This document shows, piece by piece, positions 1 to 9,880 of a stretch of DNA of 64,000 nt (within the stretch, counting starts at the first letter, position 1; each line of letters opens with the position of its first letter). The stretch lies in NCBI GenBank assembly GCA_963663965.2, contig CAXXFK010000028.1:416001-480000 (forward strand), given 5' to 3'. The notes below the pieces were generated by a model. The model had not been told where the DNA came from. It worked only from the letters and a program-made list of their open reading frames with translations, and did not search any database. Origin of the DNA: Sedimentisphaerales bacterium. GTDB lineage: Bacteria > Planctomycetota > Phycisphaerae > Sedimentisphaerales > SM23-30. The translations under genes were made by a program, and so were the position numbers.

Positions 1-654
1 GGCATATTGAATCAAATGGCTATTTATGATTCGATATTGGGTGATCTGATCATATTCACACGAATGAGAATCAGTCCGGAAAATATTCTGTACGGCTATT
101 CGGAGCATGCAATAAGTCTTTCGGGCAGTACTTGGCTTATTCTGTGTTTGGCTTTCAATAATATTTACTTCAATCATCCGTCTCTGGGATATGGATTTGG
201 GTTAATGTTATTCCCTTATGGAATTAACCAAAAAAAATGATGATCAAATTCGTTAGCTCATTGTATTTCGCAATTTTACCATTAACGATTGATAATGTCC
301 GCTTTGGCCGTGAAACCCGTTTTTATGACTAAAAAGTTAGCGTGCGAGCGATCGGATATTTCCTTACCTGATGGGGATAATACCTGGATTAACCATCATC
401 CTTGTCGTATCATCATCTTGATGCCCCAATACCGCCTATGATCAGCCCAATGCAGCCATGAATTGATATTATGATTTCATGAAAGGGGATATGGCTGGGA
501 GTCAAAAAATATGTTATCAGAAAAATTGCAGGGAAAATGGTTAGGGCCCGTTAAAAGTTTGTTAGTATTTTATTAGATGAATGTTGATGATAAAATGCGT
601 GTTTGGAATATTTAATTATTTACATGCAAAACGATTGAAATCCCGGATTTTTTT

Positions 655-2949
655 ATGCCAGGTAAAGCTCATTTTATACTGTTCCTAATGATCCCATTGG
701 CGGTTCTGATTTCATTGGCAATTTATTCTTCAGCGACCGATAATAATGCTGACCCTTGTATTCCGGATCGTGTAGTTAAAGTAGAAATTAAGATGTCTCC
801 GGATGACTGGGAGAAAACCCGGTCAAATTATCAGGCGGAGCAATATGTTCGTGCGGATTTCTGTTTTGATGGTGAGCGGATTAATAATGTTGCCATTCGG
901 CCCAAAGGAAATTCATCTTTACGGTCTGTGGGGATGTCAGGTTCACCGCGCATGAGTTTTAAAGTTGATTTTAATTTTTTCAATTCGGCGCAGAGTTTTC
1001 GGGGCTTAAAGAAAGTGAATTTTAATAATGGATTTTCGGACCCGACATTCATTCGAGAGACACTGGGTTATAAAATATTTGAAGAAATGGGATTACCGAC
1101 ACCCCGAACCGCGTTTGTCGATCTGTGGGTGAACGATCAGCATATGGGATTATATACTCAAGTGGAGCCTGTGGATAAATTGTTTATTTGTCGTCATTTC
1201 ACTCAGGTCAATGGTAATTTATATAAACCGGAGATTGGGGCAGCTTCTTTGAAATGGACCCGGGCAGATATTGAACAGCAGCCAGAGAATAATCTTCAGG
1301 CGTTGTCATCGGATAGTAAACAGGGTAATCAGCTGGCTGATCAACTGGCGATCCATATGGGAGGGACGCGGTTGTCAGATCTTTTACTGCTGATGAGTCG
1401 AGAGAATGGAGATGGCTTGGCAGCAGAACTGGAAAGCGGCATGGGAGGCGGCTTTCCAGGTGGCCCGGGTGGTGGTCCGGGCGGCCCCGGTGGATTTGGT
1501 CCTCCACCAGGTGGCATGGGGCCGATGGCGATGGGCAGAATGCCTTTTATGCCAGACGGGATGATTAACGGCGATCCGAATCAGGTCTCGAATGAAAGCA
1601 GAGGATTGAGCGGGCCGGGCGGCAATATGGCCTTTCCGGGTGATGGTGGAATGGCTGGAATGGGGCCGGGAATGGGGCGTGGCGGAATGATGGGAGGTCT
1701 ACGAATGGGTGGAGGAATGCGTGGTCCTGGAGGTCTGGGACCGCCGGGAATGGGTGGACGCGGAAATTTGCTGGAGGTTATGGGATTGAAGACCAACGAA
1801 AATTATCAGGATCATGAATCACTGCTGCATTTTCTGGACGTGCTGAATAATACGCCAGATGAGACCTTTGCCGAAGAGATTGAGAAAGTGTTTGATGTGG
1901 ATGGTGCGTTGCGTTATTTTGCGGTTTCAGCGATGATTGTCCATCTGGATAATTACACCGGCATGGGACATAATTATTATTTGTATGAAAATGGGAATAA
2001 GTATACGCTTATTCCATGGGATTTGAATATGGCATTTGGTACTTTTGGCGGGGGCGGCCGGGCAGCGGATTTGCCAATTGATGAACCGATCAGCGGTCAG
2101 ATGAGTGATAAGCCGCTGATAGGCCGACTGCTGGCGTATCAACCTTATCTGGATAGGTATCATAAATATTTGCAGGAAATGTTGGATGGATGTTTTGCAG
2201 AAGGAGTACTGGAAGCTGAAATTGATGAACTGGTGACGATGATAAGACCTTATGTGGAAGCGGATGAGATTAAGTTTTTTTCCACTGAAGATTTTGAGAA
2301 GAGTATTAATGAAGATTTGACAGGCAATGGATTCGGTGGCCCGGGTGGATTCGGTCCCCCCATGGGAATGGGGCGGCCGGGTGGTTTTGGACCACCGATG
2401 GGTATGGGACCGATGGGGGGCTTTGGCCCGCCGATGGGGATAAATCAGTTTGGAGAAATGGGACAGGCTGATGTGATGCATCCAATGGCTGGTATGGAGA
2501 TGATGGATGGGATGGGACCTGGGGATGGATTGGGTCCGATGAGTGGATTTGATAATCCTGGCGATGGAATGGGAATGGGAATGCCAGGTAGTGGACAGGG
2601 AATGATGCCTACGATTGGTGATCCGAATGGAATGGCTATGATGAATGCTGAGGGAGAGGGTATGGAGCAAGCTAATCAGGCAATGCCAGACCGTTGGATG
2701 AACATGAACCGGGGTATGATGGGGCGGCGTGGTAGAGGTATGGGAGGACCGGGGGGTGGTCCGGGAGGGCCATCTGGACCGGGATTAAAATCGTTTCTTA
2801 AGGAGAGGCGACTATCAGTTCGCCGGCAACTGGATGGAGAGAAACCCGCAAAGTATGACAACCAATTCAATTCCAACATGTTTGGAGGCGGGCCCGACTG
2901 GCCGGGTGGCCCGAATGGAGCGGGCAGTGGCCCAATAGGACGACAATGA
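655..2949 (+). CDS. CotH-family protein kinase, N-terminally anchored/secreted, with two Gly/Met/Pro-rich low-complexity inserts
   Basis: CotH motifs IRPKGNSS, SFKVDFN, NFNNGFSDPTFIRE, GLYTQVEPVD, GNLYKP, DNYTGMGHNYYLY, IPWDLNMAFG; hydrophobic N-terminus AHFILFLMIPLAVLISLAIY. Confidence 0.88.
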   Translation: MPGKAHFILFLMIPLAVLISLAIYSSATDNNADPCIPDRVVKVEIKMSPDDWEKTRSNYQAEQYVRADFCFDGERINNVAIRPKGNSSLRSVGMSGSPRMSFKVDFNFFNSAQSFRGLKKVNFNNGFSDPTFIRETLGYKIFEEMGLPTPRTAFVDLWVNDQHMGLYTQVEPVDKLFICRHFTQVNGNLYKPEIGAASLKWTRADIEQQPENNLQALSSDSKQGNQLADQLAIHMGGTRLSDLLLLMSRENGDGLAAELESGMGGGFPGGPGGGPGGPGGFGPPPGGMGPMAMGRMPFMPDGMINGDPNQVSNESRGLSGPGGNMAFPGDGGMAGMGPGMGRGGMMGGLRMGGGMRGPGGLGPPGMGGRGNLLEVMGLKTNENYQDHESLLHFLDVLNNTPDETFAEEIEKVFDVDGALRYFAVSAMIVHLDNYTGMGHNYYLYENGNKYTLIPWDLNMAFGTFGGGGRAADLPIDEPISGQMSDKPLIGRLLAYQPYLDRYHKYLQEMLDGCFAEGVLEAEIDELVTMIRPYVEADEIKFFSTEDFEKSINEDLTGNGFGGPGGFGPPMGMGRPGGFGPPMGMGPMGGFGPPMGINQFGEMGQADVMHPMAGMEMMDGMGPGDGLGPMSGFDNPGDGMGMGMPGSGQGMMPTIGDPNGMAMMNAEGEGMEQANQAMPDRWMNMNRGMMGRRGRGMGGPGGGPGGPSGPGLKSFLKERRLSVRRQLDGEKPAKYDNQFNSNMFGGGPDWPGGPNGAGSGPIGRQ
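2344..2442 (+). repeat. Three 36-bp (12-aa) degenerate tandem repeats encoding GGFGPPMG(M/I)
   Basis: Units start at 2344, 2380, 2416; protein GGFGPPMGMGRP-GGFGPPMGMGPM-GGFGPPMGI; synonymous codons differ between units. Confidence 0.8.
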
Positions 2950-3710
2950 ATCATTTGAACAAACAACATCTGGCCGACAGGACGGCAGCCTGTCGGTTTG
3001 AACGAAAATTTTTTCTACCCCCGGAAAAAGTCGATTGGGCTCGCCATTTATTACAACATGTATGCTTGGCCGACCAACATTATCCGGCAGGAACGATTCA
3101 TTCGGTTTATTATGACAGCGCCAATTTGGCGTGTTATTACGCTTCGGAAGAAGGGAGCTGTCATCGGGATAAGGTACGAATACGCTGGTACGATCAGGCA
3201 CAGTCCATGGGGCCTGAGATCACGGGGTATGTTGAGTTGAAAACCAAGGAGGGATTTGCTGGATTTAAGCAAAGGCAGGCTTGTTCGATAGAACAAGCGC
3301 GATTGAATAAAACCGATATGGTCCGGGGATTGATAGGACGGGATCAACTAATGAAGACGTTGGCGGAATTTGGTTATTATCCCGATGAGCGACCGTTACC
3401 GACGTTGCTGGTGACGTATCGGCGTTTGCGGTTTGTTGATTTCATGACAAAAACTCGCATTTCACTGGATTGGAATATCCGATCTTTATTACTGTCATCA
3501 CACTGTGACCGACAGGAGGGGTACTTGACAATGCGTGGTGGAATTTTGGAGATTAAAGGACCAAGAATGGAAATACCGGTAGCGCTACGGGGGATCCGGA
3601 TGTTGGATACGGATTGGACGCGTTATTCGAAATATGGGAGTTGTCTGGATTCTCAATTAGCAGCCTTGGGTGCCACAGGAAGATTGTGGCCTTCAGGACG
3701 GGCGAATTAA
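2946..3710 (+). CDS. VTC-domain (polyphosphate polymerase-like, CYTH/TTM fold) protein
   Basis: RFERKF, IHSVYYDS, RDKVRIRWY, ELKTK, RISLDWNI, ILEIK, YSKYG motifs; ATGA overlap with the CotH stop codon. Confidence 0.85.
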   Translation: MNHLNKQHLADRTAACRFERKFFLPPEKVDWARHLLQHVCLADQHYPAGTIHSVYYDSANLACYYASEEGSCHRDKVRIRWYDQAQSMGPEITGYVELKTKEGFAGFKQRQACSIEQARLNKTDMVRGLIGRDQLMKTLAEFGYYPDERPLPTLLVTYRRLRFVDFMTKTRISLDWNIRSLLLSSHCDRQEGYLTMRGGILEIKGPRMEIPVALRGIRMLDTDWTRYSKYGSCLDSQLAALGATGRLWPSGRAN

Positions 3711-3794
3711 ACAGAGTGTTCCTGCTAACGATTGAATAGATGCAATACATGATTTTTATGTGACTGAAAACAATTTGATGATGGAGAACCGCTT

Positions 3795-4460
3795 ATGATG
3801 CTGGCGCAAATGACTTTTAAAAATCTGAACCTGAGTTTGACGGATAGTATCCTGGCGATTGCCGCTTCGCTGCTGGCCTCAATGATGGTGTATCTGATGT
3901 ACCATATTTTTTATGGAATGCGCAATGTTGGAGCGGGCGTAAATCGCTCCTTCATTCTAGGTGGACCTGCGATTACAACTTTGTTTCTGGGGATACAGAG
4001 TTCGATCCCTCTTTCATTGGGTTTGCTGGGGGCCTTGTCTTTTGTCAGATTCCGTACACCAGTTAAAGATTCCGCCGAAATTGGATTTCTATTGCTGTTA
4101 ATCGCTTCGTCCATTGGAATTGCGACCGGTAATTATGCGATTGTGCTGATATTGTTTGGTGTTGTACTGGCCGCATTAACCGTGCAGCATTTTTGCCGGA
4201 ACCGGTTCAGTTTTCAACGGTTCGCCAACGCAATGATCTCAATGGAAAAACCGGTATACGATCGGATAAGTCATGATCTGGAAACTTTTCTCAAAAATCA
4301 TCTGCCCGGGGGGGAGATGAAAAGTCTATCCGTTATGGATGGGCAGGTGTCAATGCATTACCAGTTTATGCGGAAAAACAGTTTTGATCAGATGAAGATT
4401 ATTGGAGAGTTTGACCAGTTGGGTGGGGAAGGGCAGATTAACCTCTTTTTTGAAGGATGA
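3795..4460 (+). CDS. DUF4956-family membrane protein
   Basis: Signature SLGLLGALSFVRFRTPVKD; several hydrophobic helices then a soluble C-terminal domain; RBS GGAGA upstream. Confidence 0.85.
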   Translation: MMLAQMTFKNLNLSLTDSILAIAASLLASMMVYLMYHIFYGMRNVGAGVNRSFILGGPAITTLFLGIQSSIPLSLGLLGALSFVRFRTPVKDSAEIGFLLLLIASSIGIATGNYAIVLILFGVVLAALTVQHFCRNRFSFQRFANAMISMEKPVYDRISHDLETFLKNHLPGGEMKSLSVMDGQVSMHYQFMRKNSFDQMKIIGEFDQLGGEGQINLFFEG

Positions 4461-4482
4461 TATCTATTTCGAATATCAAGAC

Positions 4483-4518
4483 AAAAAGCCGTGCGAAAAG
4501 TCTCGTACGGCATTTTTT
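4483..4518. terminator. Bidirectional intrinsic terminator between convergent genes
   Basis: AAAAA-GCCGTGCGA-aaagtc-TCGTACGGC-ATTTTTT hairpin flanked by A and T tracts. Confidence 0.75.
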
Positions 4519-4618
4519 AATGACTTCTACTGGTTGAGGTAATGATATGCAGAGAATCTGTATCAATAGGCGTAAAAAATGAATTTTCAATCACGAATTC
4601 TATTGAATCCTGATTTAT

Positions 4619-7600
4619 TCAAAACGATGGAAAGTCTGATTTCCAGTTGATTGCATCATTGCCATATTGATCCGGATAACGGCGTTGAAGGCTTTTACCT
4701 GTTTCATTGGCATCGGTCGGCCAGGGATCAGTAATACCATAATTAACCCGATCTACCCGGATATAAGGGATCAGGCCGGAATCAGGTATCGGATCACCAG
4801 GTTTGCTCAGCGTCAGCTTTTCGCCGTCATTATCCAGTTTGCCATCATAGGGTCCATATATGAGGATTTGTGGAGGGATTCCAAGCTTAATTTCAAAATT
4901 ATTGCGAAAAACATCCGGATTATCGCGGGTAACCAGGAGATAACCACCTGCCTGAATGGTTACTCCTGCCGGAAACGCATAGGATATTCCCTGGGTAAAT
5001 TGCCAGGTATGGGCAGGTTCTGATGAATCGTACAGATGAATATCCTGGTTGGTAATGTTTTGCAGGCGGATATATTCTCCTTCGCTATCGGGTTCGGCAG
5101 GATCAAACATAATCTCGGATATCACTACGGGGCCGACCAGAGGTAAATGGTTGTCTGATCCTTTACTGGGTGATTCCAGCAACACGAAATCCACATCATA
5201 GCCGCTTTCTAAACTTTTAATATAACGTCCAATGGTAATCTCTTTGGTGGTTGCTTCGAAATTTACCTCTTCGCTGTAGAGGCCGGTCAATGCGCCATTT
5301 AAACCACTGGATAAATAAAGACTCCCCCCCGTTTCGCTTAAAGTAAATGGTACCCGGGTACCTGAGTGTTCGGGATTGTCAAAATGTTCGTTTGCAGTAA
5401 ATACCAAAAAATCGTCCGGGGGAATATAAGTTCCGGAAGGAATCTCAAATTTTTCCAGATTGTCATTATCGTCGCTCAAAAACCAGCCACCGAGATGGTA
5501 ACCCTGATTTGATGATAGATTACGCAATTCAATCCAGTCTCCGGTAATCTGATCATCAGTGTATGCTAGAATCTCGTTGATGACAATTGTACCGCCTGGA
5601 ATATATACTCCGGTATCAGCCTTGCCCGGACTGCCATATAGGCTACTGCTGACCCGCCAGCCTTCGGCTGTATCCCATAGCTCAAAATTGTTACTGGACT
5701 CGTCAATAATCTGTAAAGAAAATCCTGTACCATCCGTCAGGTAAAACCACTGGTCATTAAATTTAAAGTCATGTATGGTATTGGAGGAGGCATCTTCCAG
5801 CTTGATATTTTCACCATCATTGGCCAAAGACCCGGTATATTGACCGGTGGCAAGATTCAAATCCGTCAAATCATAACGTTCAGCAAAAGCCTCGCGATTT
5901 TTAGCGATTACTATATATTCATCAGGATCAAGAGTCCGGGAGTCGAATTGATAATCAATGCCGTTGGTGAATTTGATCCCGGTAAGTGACAGGGAATTTT
6001 CAGAAATATTCTTTAATTCAATATATTCGTATTCTTCTTCATGGTAGGCTCCGCCGGGTATCGGATGATACATCAATTCGGTTATTCGCAAATAGCGTTG
6101 CTGATCGCTGGGGTCAGCCTGATAGGTATAGGAATTAATGGTAGAATGGCTGGCATCCGTCAAGGTAATGGTTTCTCCCCAATTGGACAAATGTCCGTCA
6201 TATCCACCTACGACAAAAAGACTTTCGTTACCACGCGGACTGACTGGCCGGGAACGAAAGGCTCTGACATTCGGTGATACATACAACGAATTGCCGGCAA
6301 CGATAACCGTCCCAGATGGAAAAGTAAACGCTACTCCTCCGGTTAAATGCCAGCCGGAGACATCTGCGGCAATGTCCGAATGGTTGACTATCTTAATATA
6401 CTCCTGATCCTGGTTGCCAGTGGCAGGATTGAATTCAATATCCGTGATCTCCAGAGTCTTGCCAGGCAGTGTAAAGTAGTCACTGGCGGGTAATGAATCA
6501 GGAATGAGAGGCTCTGAGCTTTCCGGACCATAGATATTATAAAGTTCATTGCGACGACTGGGAAAGTATGCCTTCACACCATTAAGATATGATTCGATAT
6601 TGATATGTGCCAGTATCGGTTCAGCCATCGTATCGCAAATCGGTTCATATTTCAATTGTTCGGCAGGCGTCATTGGTGGTTGAAGCAATTCGTCCATCAT
6701 GGTTCGCAAGCGCCGCAGATACATCATCCGGGTTTCTGGAAGATTGAACATGACATCAAAAAATACATTCCATTGATTAGTACCGGTTTTAAGATGTTCT
6801 TCGTCACCGAAAAACGGATGAGCCCGATAAGGGCCGCCATCGCCATAGATCCCGAAAGAGAAATCGTTATCCCAGGGATAAATCTCCCATTCACCGGTAC
6901 CCAATGTGTCGCAATAAAAATAATAATTCTTGCGGGTATCGTCACAGTCATTGGCGATAGCCCGGGCAGCCAGATAACTGATCATCTCGGGTAAATTGAA
7001 ATTGTCAAAAACAAAACGTCTGCGTTCATCCTCGCTCGGAGCATTCAGTCCATCCACGACTGCCTGTAAATCAGAAAAATCCTCCCAGCGACGTGTTTTT
7101 TTCTCAATTCCATTGTCAGTGTCAGAAAAACAGGGCGTATGCGGCAGATAAGGAATATGCTCCGGAGCGCACTGATCTTCGGTCTCACCATGGCGCTGGA
7201 CAAATTTGTAGAGTGCTCCGTCAGGATCCTTATCATAACGTTTAAGGAAATCTTCATCTACCTGTTCAATTAAAATGCCAATCCGGTCAAATTCGCCATT
7301 TAGCTGCATCAGAACTGGAATAGAAATACAAGAAGGGGTACCACACCAGCGATGAGTGTCAAAGGTTAATGTCTGGCGAATATAGGCCGGATCGGCGCCC
7401 TGGGCATTCATGTTTACTTCACCGACTTTGGACATTTTTTCATTGACATAGAAGTCGTCCCCTTTGTTAAAGTCGAATTTCTGGGAGTAATTGTTGGTGG
7501 CCTGCCCACGCTGTCTGACAAAAATGTTATCATAAAATCGCCCGTTATAATAGACCGAAACCCGGGCTCCGCCTCGAGTATGGGAAGCCGATTCACTGGT

Positions 7601-9706
7601 CGTAAACCATTCCATAATCGGTAGATTGCTGGCCAGGCCCGGATCTGTGACCACTGTTCCATAATATTGAGGTGATTGATTGGTGCCGATTTTATCTAAA
7701 AACATCGGCATGCGACTTTCACCGCTGACAGAATCGGTCGCCATAAGATAGTATCGAATCATCTGGCCAGGCCCAGCGATTCCTGCCGGTATAGTTGCGC
7801 CGTAAATGCCATCATCAGCAAGTGAATCGTTATGCGACCCATCATCAAACATTTCAACTTTCACCTCAGATTCGTACATTACACGATAGATGAGCGTAAT
7901 GGTCGCTATGGGTTTTCGGTTGGCGGTTACTTTTGCCGTTACGGTTAGAGGATCACTTTGCGAAGGACGTGAGGGGGTGTGGGAAACTTGCGTGATCGTC
8001 GGTCCCGGATTGGCAAGAGGATCAGCGTTGTCATGACCTGGGGTAGAAGAGAGGAAATAATTTTGGCTGATTAAGGTTTCGCCTGGACGTAGCGCCAGGC
8101 CATAAGAAATATCTTCGTACTGAATTGGATAATTACAATATTCATAGATAATTGTTTGGCCATCTGTCCCAACCAGGCCAAGGTATTCCGAAGATATATC
8201 CAGGGTAAAATTGGTGTGTAAAGGATGGTTGGGATCACGGCGGTCTTTACCGGAAGCAAAGACAATTAAATATTCGCCTGGATCCAGGCAGATCGATGGA
8301 AATTGCCATTTGTCTAATTCGTTGTCATTGTCGGTTAAATACCAGCCTTCCAGGTTCACTGGAGATTCACAATAATTACGCAATTCCATCCAGTCGGAAG
8401 AGGTTCCGTCTTCATCAACGATTCCGCCAAGAGAATTGCTTGCCATAAATTCAGTAATAACGATACTGACATGTTCCTGCCAGTTTTGAGTCAGACAGGA
8501 AAAATCCTCAGAATCAACAAGTCCACTTTCGTCAACATCTCCACAGTTAAAACCGGCACAGTTCACATCCTCTAGCCATTGATCAGCCAACAGTGACAGG
8601 TCAGTCATCTCAACCAGGCAGTCATTATTGATATCGCCTGCCAGGAATCCTTCGCAACGCTGATCAGGCGCTAGAGTCGTCGTAAAGGACCAGAGATCGC
8701 CCGTTATGATGGTATTTTGATCGATATATTCATCTACCCTCCAGTAATAGATTTGGTTGTATTTCAGATCCGGTGGGGAATACTGTCCCAGCACGGGTAC
8801 TGGAATCAGGATAGGGATTTCTGCCTGTATGGACAACTCTTCTGATGAATTACCCAGATAAACGACATGTTTGATCAAATCGGGATTTGGGATTCTCTGA
8901 TAAGGATCAGTCGGATCTTGAACTTCTCCGGTATTCCAGTGCAGTGTAATGTCGACTGGGATATCCGTTTGTTTGTCAGATGGATCAGGATTCCAGGCCT
9001 TACCCGAGGGGACTACCGGACCACTGGTCGTGACAAATCGTACCTCTCCCAGACCGACACGATCACCTCCTGAAATTGGGTTGACACCCTCATGGGCTGG
9101 ATCACCGTAATGGTTGTCAGTGATCGTCATTCTCACATATCGATGATACTGTGAATGGGTATCAAATTCAAAAAGTTGAGCCGCATTGATTCCTCCCATT
9201 CCCAGTACGGATTTGAGGTAAATGGTTGTTATCGGGCCGGTAAACAGTTCTGATCCTTGAATGGCGCTGTTAAACTGAAAGCTGATTTCATAGGCCTGAT
9301 TACCGATATTGACCCCATTGCCACCATTGTTCTCGTATTGCCAGAGTATGATTCCATCGAGACGGGTATCGCCGCCTCCGGTCAGATCCCAGACTATTAC
9401 CGGGGGATTCTGGGCGCCGTAACCGGAAAAATAATCTGCCCCCGAACCATTGCTGACATAAGATCGGTTGTAGCTGCTGCCAAAATAGTGTGTTGCGAAT
9501 AATGCGGTTTCCAGTGAATCTCCATTGTTCACTGCAGTTGTCATGCCGGAATTATCGATTAGTTGAGTAATCCCCGTCCCGCCGTAGGCGTTCAAATCAA
9601 TAGCGCTCACTGCAGAGGGTATGATCACCTCTGAAGCGATCATTTGACCAGACAGCCAATGAAATAATACCAATACAATAATTGTATACAAATTAAATCT
9701 CATCAT
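4619..9706 (-). CDS. Large secreted modular protein: discoidin-like domain, Fn3/Ig-like module, dockerin-like repeats, several lamin-tail domains and a central CotH-like kinase domain
   Basis: Signal peptide; GGDRVGLGEVRF; YYWRVDE..GDLWSFTT; GDINNDCLVEMTD...W; LTD starts IVITEFMASN, LEITDIEFNP, LRITELMYHP, IVINEILAY, VVISEIMFDP; CotH-like VRQRG, KNYYFY, YPWDNDFSFG. Confidence 0.8.
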   Translation of the reverse strand: MMRFNLYTIIVLVLFHWLSGQMIASEVIIPSAVSAIDLNAYGGTGITQLIDNSGMTTAVNNGDSLETALFATHYFGSSYNRSYVSNGSGADYFSGYGAQNPPVIVWDLTGGGDTRLDGIILWQYENNGGNGVNIGNQAYEISFQFNSAIQGSELFTGPITTIYLKSVLGMGGINAAQLFEFDTHSQYHRYVRMTITDNHYGDPAHEGVNPISGGDRVGLGEVRFVTTSGPVVPSGKAWNPDPSDKQTDIPVDITLHWNTGEVQDPTDPYQRIPNPDLIKHVVYLGNSSEELSIQAEIPILIPVPVLGQYSPPDLKYNQIYYWRVDEYIDQNTIITGDLWSFTTTLAPDQRCEGFLAGDINNDCLVEMTDLSLLADQWLEDVNCAGFNCGDVDESGLVDSEDFSCLTQNWQEHVSIVITEFMASNSLGGIVDEDGTSSDWMELRNYCESPVNLEGWYLTDNDNELDKWQFPSICLDPGEYLIVFASGKDRRDPNHPLHTNFTLDISSEYLGLVGTDGQTIIYEYCNYPIQYEDISYGLALRPGETLISQNYFLSSTPGHDNADPLANPGPTITQVSHTPSRPSQSDPLTVTAKVTANRKPIATITLIYRVMYESEVKVEMFDDGSHNDSLADDGIYGATIPAGIAGPGQMIRYYLMATDSVSGESRMPMFLDKIGTNQSPQYYGTVVTDPGLASNLPIMEWFTTSESASHTRGGARVSVYYNGRFYDNIFVRQRGQATNNYSQKFDFNKGDDFYVNEKMSKVGEVNMNAQGADPAYIRQTLTFDTHRWCGTPSCISIPVLMQLNGEFDRIGILIEQVDEDFLKRYDKDPDGALYKFVQRHGETEDQCAPEHIPYLPHTPCFSDTDNGIEKKTRRWEDFSDLQAVVDGLNAPSEDERRRFVFDNFNLPEMISYLAARAIANDCDDTRKNYYFYCDTLGTGEWEIYPWDNDFSFGIYGDGGPYRAHPFFGDEEHLKTGTNQWNVFFDVMFNLPETRMMYLRRLRTMMDELLQPPMTPAEQLKYEPICDTMAEPILAHINIESYLNGVKAYFPSRRNELYNIYGPESSEPLIPDSLPASDYFTLPGKTLEITDIEFNPATGNQDQEYIKIVNHSDIAADVSGWHLTGGVAFTFPSGTVIVAGNSLYVSPNVRAFRSRPVSPRGNESLFVVGGYDGHLSNWGETITLTDASHSTINSYTYQADPSDQQRYLRITELMYHPIPGGAYHEEEYEYIELKNISENSLSLTGIKFTNGIDYQFDSRTLDPDEYIVIAKNREAFAERYDLTDLNLATGQYTGSLANDGENIKLEDASSNTIHDFKFNDQWFYLTDGTGFSLQIIDESSNNFELWDTAEGWRVSSSLYGSPGKADTGVYIPGGTIVINEILAYTDDQITGDWIELRNLSSNQGYHLGGWFLSDDNDNLEKFEIPSGTYIPPDDFLVFTANEHFDNPEHSGTRVPFTLSETGGSLYLSSGLNGALTGLYSEEVNFEATTKEITIGRYIKSLESGYDVDFVLLESPSKGSDNHLPLVGPVVISEIMFDPAEPDSEGEYIRLQNITNQDIHLYDSSEPAHTWQFTQGISYAFPAGVTIQAGGYLLVTRDNPDVFRNNFEIKLGIPPQILIYGPYDGKLDNDGEKLTLSKPGDPIPDSGLIPYIRVDRVNYGITDPWPTDANETGKSLQRRYPDQYGNDAINWKSDFPSF

Positions 9707-9773
9707 ATCACAAAATCTCTAGCATATTCCTCAGTATCGAACTCAAAAAAATTTATAGGATCACCATAATCAG

Positions 9774-9808
9774 TATGCGTCATGCGTGGGAGGCACGCAT
9801 GACGCATA
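9774..9808. repeat. Perfect 15-bp inverted repeat with a 5-nt loop between two co-oriented genes
   Basis: TATGCGTCATGCGTG-ggagg-CACGCATGACGCATA. Confidence 0.9.
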
Positions 9809-9880
9809 GATTACCAAAACCAATTATTTTTATCCTCTATCAAAAGTCATACTATTGATAGTGATATAATCTATTTAAAC

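Noticed and set aside
1..240. ORF 7..240 (+) and an alternative minus-strand frame open from ATG 177 off the left edge
   Set aside because: Neither has recognisable motifs, and truncation by the window edge prevents choosing between them
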